A stretch of DNA of 64,000 bases from Octopus sinensis (Eukaryota), in assembly GCF_006345805.1 (NCBI RefSeq), contig NW_021833012.1, positions 27,500 to 91,499 on the forward strand, in the 5' to 3' direction. Within the stretch, counting starts at the first letter, position 1. The number at the start of each line of letters is the position of its first letter. The notes beneath the pieces are model-generated. The model ran no database searches. It was not told where the DNA came from and saw only the letters and a list, made by a program, of their open reading frames with translations. Below are positions 1 to 11,800 of this stretch, one piece after another. The position numbers were made by a program, and so were the translations under genes.

Positions 1-285
1 CTTTGGCATTATGTTGTGTTTGAGAATATGACCCATCATGCCGAGCAAAATTGCAGTCGTGGAAGATACTGGTGTTGCACAAAATGACACCCATGCCGGT
101 GGCATGTAGAAGCACCCATTACACTCTCAGTGTGATTGACATTTGGAAAGACATCAGCTGTAAGAACCATGCCAAATCTGACTGGAACCTGGTACAGCTT
201 TCCAGCCTATCAGCTTCAGTCAAACCATCCAACCCATGTCAGCATGGAAAGTGGATGTTAAATGACGATGATTATGATGATGATT
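1..285 (+). mobile_element. RTE-clade LINE 3' end with (GAT)n tail
   Basis: Matches the 3' ends of the longer RTE copies in this window (gtggcacgtaaaagcacccac...catgccagcatggaaa...gttaaatgatgatg). Confidence 0.75.
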
Positions 286-293
286 TACATTTT

Positions 294-1128
294 AAACAAA
301 TCAAAATAGATGAACATCAATGGAATTTGTATCTTTGTGGTACCAGTGCTGGTGGCACACAAGAAAACCATCCGAACGTGGCTGTAGCCAGTACCGTATC
401 GACTGGCCTCTGTGCTGTGGGCACGTAAAAAACACCATCCGATTGTGGCCGTTCGCCAGCCTCATCTGGCACCTGTGTCAGTGGCACATAAAAACACCAT
501 CCGAAGACCCGGCAAGACTAGTCAGGCCATAACCCGTGGCCCCTACCTGGGACGTAGTCAGTCTAGCTGTGCATACCTTCCTTCTTGTGACACTTGTGAA
601 GACCTGTTGAGGCAAGTGAAAATCAAATCAAAAAATCAAAACAAATCAAAATAGATGAACATCAATGGAATTTGTATCTTTGTGGTACTAGTGCCGGTGG
701 CACACAAGAAAACCATCCGAACGTGGCCGTAGCCAGTACCGCATCGACTGGCCTCCATGCTGTGGGCACGTAACAAACACCATCCGATCGTGGCCGTTCA
801 CCAGCCTAATCTGGCACCTGTGTCGGTGGCACATAAAAACACCACCCGAGCGTGGCCGTTCGCCAGCCTCGTCTGGCACCTGTGTCGGTGGCACATAAAA
901 ACACCACCCGAGCGTGGCCGTTCGCCAGCCTCATCTGGCACCTGTGTCGGTGGCACATAAAATCACCCACTACACTCTCGGAGTGGTTGGCGTTAGGAAG
1001 GGCATCCAGCTGTAGAAACACTGCCAGATCTGACTGGCCTGGTGCAGCCTTCGGGCTCCCCAGACCCCAGTTGAACCGTCCAACTCATGCTAGCATGGAA
1101 AGCGGACGTTAAATGATGATGATGATGA
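294..1128 (+). mobile_element. RTE LINE 3' UTR with an internal 345-bp direct duplication and ~60-bp tandem units
   Basis: 294-505 is repeated at 639-850; 60-bp units at 826-960; (GAT)n tail at ~1113-1128. Confidence 0.75.
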
Positions 1129-1543
1129 TTCTTTAAGAGAGAAATTTCTTGAAATAAGTGTTTTATCTTCTTACGTCCAATAATGTTGAACCAAGAGTTA
1201 TAGCGTTGTCTGACTCTGAAGTATTTACGAGAGGCCATTTAGCTCTGGAAGCCTTCTTCAACTGAATAACCAAGTTTCTTTCCTTGAACAGCTTAACCTG
1301 TTAGAAATTACTTATCACATGACCATCAGCCTGAGTCATGTGATGTGGTAAGCAGGTAAATTGTGTGAAGCAGACAACACTGCCATATGAGTGAGATATA
1401 CATCATCATCGTTTAACGTCCGTTTTCCGTGCTAGCACGGGTTGGACAGTTCGACCGGGGTCTGGGAAGCCAGGGGCTGCACCAGGCTCCAGTCTGATCT
1501 GGTGAAAGAAAAATTACAAGAAAGGTTTTAAAATGTACCATAT

Positions 1544-1574
<31 letters not shown>

Positions 1575-2469
1575 CATATATATATGTATATATATGTGTG
1601 TGTATATATATATATATATCCTTGATTAAAGTTTAAAGATTATATGTTTATTTTGGACTTCTGGTCACACATATGCAATAATATACAGCAACTGGTCTGA
1701 GTATTACCTGTACCATACCCATACATGTATGTCCCAACAGATTTCTTTCCCTATAGTTTCAAGAAAAACATAATTTTTTAATGAAATTTTCTATAAATAA
1801 GCTTCAGATGGTATAAATTCCAATTCTATTGGAACATGTTGTAAAAAACAACAAAAAAACCCCACTCAAAAACAAATATCTGATGTGTATCAATATTTAT
1901 GTATGCTATCCCAGCAATTTATATTTTTGCATCAAATTCCATTATTATCCTAATATACACACCTTGAAAGATATTTGTGGAAATTTTCCTTTAAAAATAG
2001 CCATTTTCCCAAAAGTTATGAGGAAACGAATTTGAGTTTATGTGAATTTTCTGAAAAACCTCTCTCCACTCCCTCAAAAACATTTTTTCACACCAAATTC
2101 CCAACTTAGTGGAATCTACACCATCTGAAGCCTGTTTTAATAAATGTTTTAAGCAAAAACGTTTCATAAGAGGTGGAAGATCACATTTTACTAACCAGTT
2201 TCACTGTTTTCAGACTTTGAAAGTTTCAAGTATGTTCTTCAATGTATTTTTAGTCCATTTGGTAGAAGAAATAGATGGAAATAACGTTATATAGCCTTGT
2301 TGCTATATAAAAGGTGTGTGTGTGTGGGGGGGGGGGGGGAGAATGACTACAAGTTAGCATGTATTCTCTTGCTAAATCATATTTTCAGAAAGGAATACCA
2401 TTACTATTTATATGGAATAAAGTAGTTCTTTTAAGAGAGAGAGAAGAATGTTCAATTGTTTATTTTCAG

Positions 2470-2606
2470 GAACCACATCATTCAACGCATCCCTTCTTGG
2501 TCCACAACAGAAAGCAGCCCCTATGACACCCAGAACTAATGTGGCATCCGGAGAAAATGCTGGCATCAAAATACAACTAATGATTGGTTCAATTTCTAAT
2601 GCATCT
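2470..2606 (+). CDS. PARP14: Exon A1: linker and first strand of macrodomain 1
   Basis: ttttcAG acceptor, GTGAGT donor, phase 1 to 0; encodes [45 protein letters not shown]; 137 nt, the same length as its paralog 24281-24417. Confidence 0.85.
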
Positions 2607-5600
2607 GTGAGTAAATAGATTCACTTAACATATTTATATTTAATTGTTATTTCATTTGCAAATGAGGAATCATTTCCAGTTAATTAAAACATTTTCTCAA
2701 TCAAACTCAAACATTTTATTTCCTTCACATCTGATATCTTGAGTATATCTTTTGCTAACTTTAACAACCGCAGACTTACTACAGCCATTCTGTAGAGCCT
2801 TACTTAACAACAATATCAACTGCAACAATGTATCTCTCTTCTCCACGGAATGTTCCTTAGCTGTTTACCATTAATTACTTTTGTAGGTTGATGTCATCGT
2901 TAACAGCACCAATAAAAACCTCCTGCTTAATAATGGTTCTATCTCCAATTTATTCTCAATGCTGCTGGTCCCCAGATACAAAGCGAATGTAGCCAGAAAT
3001 ATCCTCAAGGTATTTCTACTTCTGAAGTAGCCATAACTAAAGGATATAACCTCAAATGTAAGAATGTTTTTCATCTGGCATTACCGCCCTGGGGTGTAAA
3101 CTCCTCACATTCAGTAAGTATTATTCATATGTATTTGATTTATTGAAACAGTTAATGTTTGAAGAGAACCTTATGCATGTTGTGTGAGAATCATAAAGCA
3201 AATGTCAGCATCCTGTTTAATATTTGTTCTTCCAAGTTATCATTGGAAGGAAGCAGAAGATATCGATGAACAGGACACTTTTATATATAAATAGAAGGAA
3301 AAAAGCCTCATGGCCTAACAACAGTTATGTGACTGATAAATAAGACTATATTCAAACATATTTCTGTGTTTTACTGTCTGTATTGGTGAGTTTTTCTCTG
3401 TCATGGCACGAGCACTAGAGAGGTAGTCATGTCCTCAACAACACCAAAGACTCCTCTTGGGTCTGCATTGTCTCTCTTCATTCACCTATCATTTTACACG
3501 GTGGATTGGGTCTGTTTTATTGTAGCAGCATCATGAGTGAGGTTGCCTTGTCCCTTGCAGGACTAAAGAGTGATAGGAATGACAGTTGTGTTTAGCAGTG
3601 GCAGGAGTGAGAGGAGTTGTGAGAGGAGGATATATTTATTACAACTTAATGGTTTCTTCCTGTAATAAGAAAATAATTTAATAAAATGTTCATTATCAAT
3701 TACTAAACAATTATTTTTTTTAGACTCTGGCAAACTTGACTCAAATAATAACCATTTGTCTGGGGAAAGCTGAGAGAAGAGGAGCAAAAAGCCTTGCATT
3801 TCCTATATTAGGGGCTGGAAAATTGAGGTACCCCATTGAAAACCTACCCAGAACTATGTATGAAGCAGTGAAAAACTACTCAAAGCAAAATTCAAGCCAG
3901 ATCAAAGTTGTAAACTTTGTGGTTTATCCTCAAGACACAGAAATAGTAAAGGTTGGTTGATGTATTTGTTGTTTGTTGTTTTATGTTGATATTCTTGGAA
4001 TTCACCAAAACAAAGAAAATATTCTGCAATAAACAAAGGAAATCGAAATGAAAATAAAACTTAGAATCATGCTCGTTATTTATCACCTGTTTTCCATGCT
4101 GGCATGGGTTGGACAGTTTGACAGGAACTGGCTAGGCAAAGAGCCAAACCTGGTTCCATTCTTTGTTTTGGTATGGATTCTGCAGTTGAGATACCCTTCC
4201 TAACATCAACCAATTTACAGAGTGTACTGGGTGCTTTTTACGTGGCACCAGCACCGACAGAATTACCAATTATCTTGCAAGACAAGAACCCCTCAACTGG
4301 ACGGGAGTGGGGGGAATGGTACTGGTCGGCTGTGGCTTTGCGCCAGTTGAAAGACTTAGGGTATACTGGGGACAGAGAGAGGTATCTTGCTGTAGAGTAG
4401 TTACATGAATGCCCCAGTTGGAAGGAAAAGGAAAGAAGGGGTCAGATAGTAAGATAAAAAGAGTGATAGTGAGAGATATGATGGTGGAGATGTGATGGGA
4501 CATGCCCTCGAGGGAGATGGGGTGGTGAGGATAGGTAAGGGGATATAGAGGCTTCAGCTGGGTGAGGGGGGCAGGATGAGATGATTGTAACAAATGATGC
4601 AGTGAAATATAGAAATGGCTTGTGGGGTTGCAGTAGATATATGTGGGTATTGAGGGCAATAGTAGATAAGCAAGGAGTTGATGATGGAGAGCAGCAGAGG
4701 GAGAAGAGAGAAGGTGCAGAAAGGAGGTGGGGTTAGTATGTGCCTATTCTGCTCTCAGGTAATAGAGGAAATGGTGGATGTTAGGAAATGAAATGTGTGT
4801 GTATGGAATGGGAGAGAAGGTTGACATGGCAGCGCCCCTCATGGACAAACATTATCGTTATTTGGATATCAATTCTGTTCTGGTGGGCATGTCTTCTTAA
4901 GTACAGCCATGTACCATATATCTCATCCCTTTGTCATCTCCTTCATAAGGCTCACTGTTTTGAGATTGGCCTTCAATTCTTCATCCCATGTCTTCCTGGG
5001 GTCTCCCCCTTCCATAGCTTCCAACAACATCAAATTCCAACTTGATATTTTTCGAATTAACCCAAAACATATTCTGTAATTAATGAAGGAAATGATTATG
5101 AAGATAAAATATGGAATCAGTTTTGTAAATTTATTTATTGGTGTCTTAGAATTCTTCAGTTGGAATGTTGGAATCTTTGATGTGTCTCATGGCCCTGTCT
5201 TCCATACTTATAGGTTAGCTTGGTTTTCTTCAACTCTTCCATTCCATGATTTAATTCTTTGTAACTTGATATGGATTCAGTGTAGCTATGCTGTGCCTTA
5301 ACTTGCTAGTAATGGCAACCAAGTGTCCCTTGCTCTCATTTAAATTGGATGAGTTTTAAGGGTGTTCAACAGGATACTTTCTGCTATTTGTTTCAGCCCT
5401 TGGCATTCTGAGTTCAAATCCTACTAATGCTGTATTAACCTTTTATCGCTTCACAATTGATAAAAATCTCCCAATCTTGATGGCTGGATTGGTGGAACTG
5501 GAAGAATGACATTTCTTCTGTGGTATTTGTTTCAGTACTTGGCATTCTGAGTTCAAATCCTGCCATGGCGTTGCCGGAGTGTTAACTTAAACCATCCTTT

Positions 5601-5853
5601 GGTTTCACACCAACCCTCGGCACCTTGGCTATGTTTACTGGAATTCCCTTTGTCACAAGCATTTCAGCGACGTGTCTGGTTTGAGGAAATTTAAGATTTC
5701 AGCAAAGAAGGAAGGGGAAATGTTTTAACTTAGTCTGAATCTAACAAAAGACTTGCTTGCTGTTTGAATTGGTCAGTGACTGAGTGAATTCAGCTGAAGA
5801 TTTTTATGATGTCAACAAGTAATGTTCACAAGTATTGAAGAGAGTGATAGAGG

Positions 5854-5895
<42 letters not shown>

Positions 5896-8800
5896 AGGAA
5901 ATACATGTGCTTTTAACAATAAGTTCAGCATGGGTATCAGTCTGGGTGTTTTAAAGAACTGATTTCCTTATGACTTTATTATTATTGAGTGAGAGAGCAG
6001 CGCAAGCCATCAAAGTGACACTGGAATAAAATATACGAAGCCCAATATACCCATCATGACAACCCGTCTGATAAGGGTACACCAGGCACATGCATCACAA
6101 CCATATGTGCATGGCATGGTGATCTCATATCAAGATAAACAGCGCATGACCTTGCAGGTCAAGTAGCCCATCCTGCTCAAAAGGTCCCTGAATAACGATT
6201 GTTTAAGGATATTGAATGAAATACCCATGTTTCCAGAGGTGAATTATCCAAACCCCAAATAATTCCTCTCAACACATGGCTATGATGCTCCCTCACTACT
6301 TCTGCTCAAACAACTGTGGTACTGAATTGTGGTATTGAGCAGAATATTTGCTGCAGCCCATCTTTCATACCAAGACAAAACAATGTACATGATAATACTT
6401 CCAATCAGTTAAGGACAGAAGCTATGACTGTCACTGCCTGGTCCTGCATCAGGGCATTTATTATTATCATTATTATTATTATTATTATTATGAAAGCTTC
6501 TCAGATGGTTCTTAATTACCAGTTATTCTTTACTTGAAAACAGTCAACAACAAATCACCAAAGGTTTTCCAAGTAGTGCCTTCTCCTATGACTCAAAGAA
6601 ACAATACTCTCCTTAAAATGCAAGCTGTACCCAACAATGCTGACTTCTGAATTACCTCGAGCCTGACAGCAGCTCCAATATTCTTAATATGTTTTACAAA
6701 GCCCTTGGAAACTGCTCCTAATGCTCCAGTTACCACTGGTGTCACCATTATTTTCCCCATGTCCCATAACTTTTCTATCTCGTCCCAGACTGATACCATG
6801 CTGAACTTATTGTTAAAAGCACATGTATTTTCTCTCTCTCTCTCTCTCTCTGACCCTCTGCCTTTTTACCCTTGCTCTCTCTCTTCTGTTTCCTTATCTT
6901 TCACCCTCAAATTGCCTGGTATTGCAACATCTACTATCTTTGCTTCTTTTTCATCTTTATGGATGATCATGATATCTGGTTGTCTCGCCTCTATGACTTG
7001 GTTGCACTGTATGTTAAAATCCCAGAGTATTTTGTAATGATCATTTTCCATTTCTCCCTGTGGCTTGTGTTCATACCTATTTCCTTTACTACCCACAAGG
7101 GGCCAAACACAAGGACAGACAAACGAATTAAGTCGATTACACTGACCCCAGTGCGTAACTGGTACTTATTTAATCGACCCCGAAAGGATGAAAGGCAAAG
7201 TCGACCTCAGCGGAATATGAACTCAGAACATAGTGGCAGGCGAAATACCGCTAAGCATTTCGTCTGGCATGCTAACGTTTCTGCCAGATTGCCACCTTAA
7301 TACCATTGTTCTACTCTTTCAAGGTTTGCTTTACTACAGCCAGTAGACGTATCTGGCTACATTGTCATATCTCCTTTTATATTCATGTTGTGCAAGCTTA
7401 CAGCACTCACCAACAATATGGCATATACTTTCTCTCTTCTCAGAGCACATCCTACACTGTGGCAAGTCAGTGCTTTTATCAATGTGATATTTAGAGGAGT
7501 TTGTTCTGAGAGCTTGTTCTTGAGCGTTGCACACTAATGCCTCCAGTAGGCCCTTTTAAGTCTCCTTTCTGCAGCCATTGCCAGGTTCTATTCCAATTAA
7601 TCTCATCTTTATTCTTCAAGAACTGACTGTGCATGTTCTTGTCCTAATAAATTTCCTTCATCTGATTTCTCTAGCCTTCCTTAAATCGTGTTGGATCTAC
7701 AGCTGCGTTCACTTTTAAGGTTCCCTGCATTTTCACTGCTTCAATCCTTTCTTCTTTATTCCCCTTGACATACCAAGCCAGGCTATTCTCCTCTTCCTTG
7801 ACACACCATTCACAACATACCAATCCCTGTCGTCCTTCCCTCCTCCTTTACATACAACCTTGACACATCACTCTTGTGGTTCCAATTTCTTGTTCATTGT
7901 CATTAATTTACATGTTCTCCGGTCTATCTCTTGTAATTCATGCTTCTATCAAGATACTATTCCTGCCCCATATCTCATCAAAGCAACAGCCCATGTGTTA
8001 ATTGCTCTAATCTTATTGCAGCCATTTAGCTTCAATTGGAGCACAAGCCAAATTTCCTTCAAATACTCTTTCCTTAACTTTTCTTTGATCTCGTGTTTAT
8101 TCATCTTATCTCTTTCAATGATACCCAGGTACCTATATCCTTCCTCTCTGAATTCCCTTATAGTTTCATCACTTTCCAGCTTGATCCCATGGCTTTTACT
8201 GATTTCTCCCCCTTTTGAGAATCATTACACCACATTTCTTGATCTCAACTTCCATGCCAATATCTTTGCTAATCATCTGCACAGTTGCCATCAAGCTCTC
8301 AATTTCTTTCTCAGTCTTAGTGAATAGCTTTAGGTTACTAACCCCAAGATTCCGAGTTTGATTCCAAGCAGTGACCTGAACAACAACAACAACCTTAGGT
8401 ATGAGAACCCAGGTTCAAAATTTCCTCAAAATGCCTGATGAAAAGCTGGAGGGTATATCAGTCGAAACGTTGTTTTAACAACAAACAAGATGAGGACAAA
8501 AATCCATCAAATATAAATAATGTAAATAATGTACTTAATTCCTCATCTCTTAAATATAGAACTGTAATACCAGAACTTTGTTTCCTGTAGTATTTCTCTC
8601 AAGGGGATCATTCCCAGCATGAATATCAGTGGGAACACGCTGTCCCCTCTGGAAGATTCCTCTCTTGATTTTCACCTCTCCTAATACTTGATTCACCAGC
8701 TGTCAACTGCATTCTCCAACATTTCATGCTGTTCCATATAAGGTTGGTGGTGGTGGTCTGCTGCTGCTGCTTTTGTTTGTTTGTTTATTGAGTGAAGCAG

Positions 8801-11800
8801 TCTTCGTCCCAGAGCTCGCAAGATCGCGCCTCTATAGTAGGAGAAGGCGGAAACGTGGTCCTTTGCTATTTGTAAGACCCGCAGAAGAGAAAGCAGGTCA
8901 ACCCCCAATACCGAGAGCTTCAACGGATGGATGAATGCGCATCCAGGCTCAGTGGTTGCGTAGCAAGTCGGGGACAAGAAACAGGAAGAAAGAATGAGAG
9001 AAAGTTGGGGGTGAAAGAGTACAACAGGGGTCGCCACCACCCCCTGCCGGAGCCTCGTGGAACTTTAGGTGTTTTCACTCAATAAACACACACAACGCCC
9101 GGCCTAGGAATCAAAACCGCGATCCTCCGACCACGAGTCCACTACCCTAACCACTGGGCCATTGCACCTCCACTTGCTGCTGCTGCAGCATTGACATAAT
9201 TGGTGTATATTCAAGGAAGAAGAATTGAGTAAAATAATGTAAACCAATATTGAAATAGAAGAAACATCTGAGACATGAAAATGCATATTAGTTTTTGAAC
9301 AGCGTCTTTCACAGAAGGACATTTCCATCTTGTGATGTCTTTACAGAGGGACTTTAGTTCATGAAACTGGTGAAGAATATAATAAAACTAGCACTATGAC
9401 CCGGCGTTGCCGGGTTATAATGCTAGTGCATGCGTGCGCGCATACACACGAGTACTGTCCAAATCTCTGACCAATCACATACAGCTAGCTGGCATTCAAT
9501 TTGCGTATCAAGTTTCGGGCATTTTGATTGGGTTTTGGATAGAAAATTCACAAAAAAGTCACTTCTATTGATGTTTTAATGGCTTTGCGGGGTGACTGGG
9601 GAAATGTAAAGATGTGCACGACCACCCTTGGATGGTTTTGAATGACCATAGAAAGTGCGAGCCCTCTAACTGAAAAATTATGAATTTGTATAAAGGACAC
9701 ACACACAGACAGACATTTTGCCGTTTATATATAGAGAGATGACTGAGAGAGAAATAATCATTCAACTAGTTTTCTGAAATGATTGAATGAAGGAAACCAA
9801 GGTAGACTGTGAGTTGTCTAGGTTGATTGTGTATAGGGACGAGCTAGAGGTATAAACAGTGACAGACAAACAGAGAGAGAAGGGGAGAGAGAGAGAAATC
9901 TTTTTGGAAGAAGGAATGTAAATCTTTATTCTTTCTATTTCTCTCTCTCTCTCTCTCTCTTTATCTTTCTCTATATAACACACACATACATGTACACACA
10001 GATGCATTCTTATGTACGTATTATCATGATGATGATGATGATGGTGATGATTATGATGATCTCAGAAACAGATTTAAGAAAACACAACAAAAGTAGTAAA
10101 ACAGATCTGTAGTATCATCATCTTCACCCTCCCCCTCACCACCACAACCACCACCACCACCGCTGCCACCATAATAATAATTATCATGATCATCATAACA
10201 TCCACTTTTCTGTGCTTGAATGGGTTGGATGGAATTTGTTGAGGTGGATTTTCTATGGCTTGGTGCCTCTCCTGTCACCAACCCTCACCACCTTCCAAGG
10301 GAAGTAACTGTTTCCCCATTTTACAGAATATCACAAAATATTAGAAACAAAGGACACCACTTGCATAACAGGGACACTCGCTTACAACTATCACACAATG
10401 TCAAGGCAAGGAGAAATGCACTCACACACACACACACGTATGACAGGCTTCTTTCAGTTTCTGCTTACCAGACCTATTCACTAGGCTTTGTTTGGCCTAA
10501 GGCTGTAGCTGAAGAGACTTGTCCAAGGTGCCATTCATTGAGACTGAACCTTAATTAAGTCAATTAAAAACAATAGCAACAAATGCAGTATTAATATAAA
10601 AAGGTAAATTTTACATCCAACTAAATGTGGATGTTATGTTAGAACACCAAATACTGTGTTACTTACCTTGAGAAGAACTCTCATATTGACGCATGCTGCA
10701 TAAAAGCACTCATATTTATACTGCTAGCAGATGACAATCATCTATCTACTGGCACCAAAACTACCACATCACCTATTTTCGCTCTGCCTGGATCCATCAG
10801 TGACAGACATCCAAAAGCAACATAATAGCCGAATCTCACTGTCAGTCATATGTACACTTTTATGTCTTTTTGGACATTCATGTTGCAAATAGCCAGAAAG
10901 CTCATTAAAGGTAATTAATAGCCGGAAGGCTTATTAGAAATAATGAATAGCCACAAGGTTTATTAAACATAATTAATAGTTAGAAGGTTTATTATAGATA
11001 ATTAATAGTTAGAAGGTTTATTAGAAAAAATTAATAACCAGGAGGTTTATTAAAGATAATTATTAACCAGAAGGTTTATTAAAGATAATTATTAACCAGA
11101 AGGTTTATTAAAGATAATTATTAACCAGAAGGTTTATTAAAGGTAATTAAGAGCCACAAAGCTGATTTTTATTTTGATGTTGATGTACTTGACTCAGTAG
11201 GTCTCCTCAAGCACAGCATATCACCTTACGATCCAAGGTACTTTTAAGTGGGCTGGTTATGCGAAACTGGTGTGGGTTACAGCTGTGAACTCACTTTAAT
11301 TGCCGGGTCTTCTCAGTCACAGCATATCTCCAGAGGTCTCGGTCTTTCGCCATTGCCTCTGTGAGGCCCAATGTTCAAAGGTCATGCTTCACCACCTCAT
11401 CCCATGGCTTCCTGGGTCTCCCTCTACCCAAGATTTCTTCCACTGTTTGAGAGTGGCACTCCTTCACACAGCTCTCCTCATCCATCCGTAGTACATGACC
11501 TTACCAATGCAAACGTCTTTCTTGCTTGCCACATCCAATGCTTCTTATGCCCAACATTTCTCTCGGGGTGCTTACACTCTGTCGTGTGTGCACACTGACA
11601 TTACACATCCAGCAGATCATGCTAGCTTCATTTCTTTCAAGCCTACACATGTCCTCTGCAGTCACGGCCTATGTTTTACTGCCGTGAAGCATGGCAGTTT
11701 GCTCACATGCATCCTACAATCTATCTTTTACTCTGAGCAAGAGGCCCTTTCTCACCTATAGGAGTAGAAGCTTTCTGAACTTTGCCCAGGCAATTCTTAT

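Noticed and set aside
4390-4830. Purine-rich repeat pair (with 23040-23990) as the recombination substrate for the macro cassette duplication
   Set aside because: One copy lies after C1 and the other before A2, which are not equivalent positions flanking the duplicated unit.
10661-10669. Perfect minus-strand splice donor (AAG|GTAAGT), suggesting an antisense gene
   Set aside because: All three upstream frames close within a short distance, and no partner exons were found.
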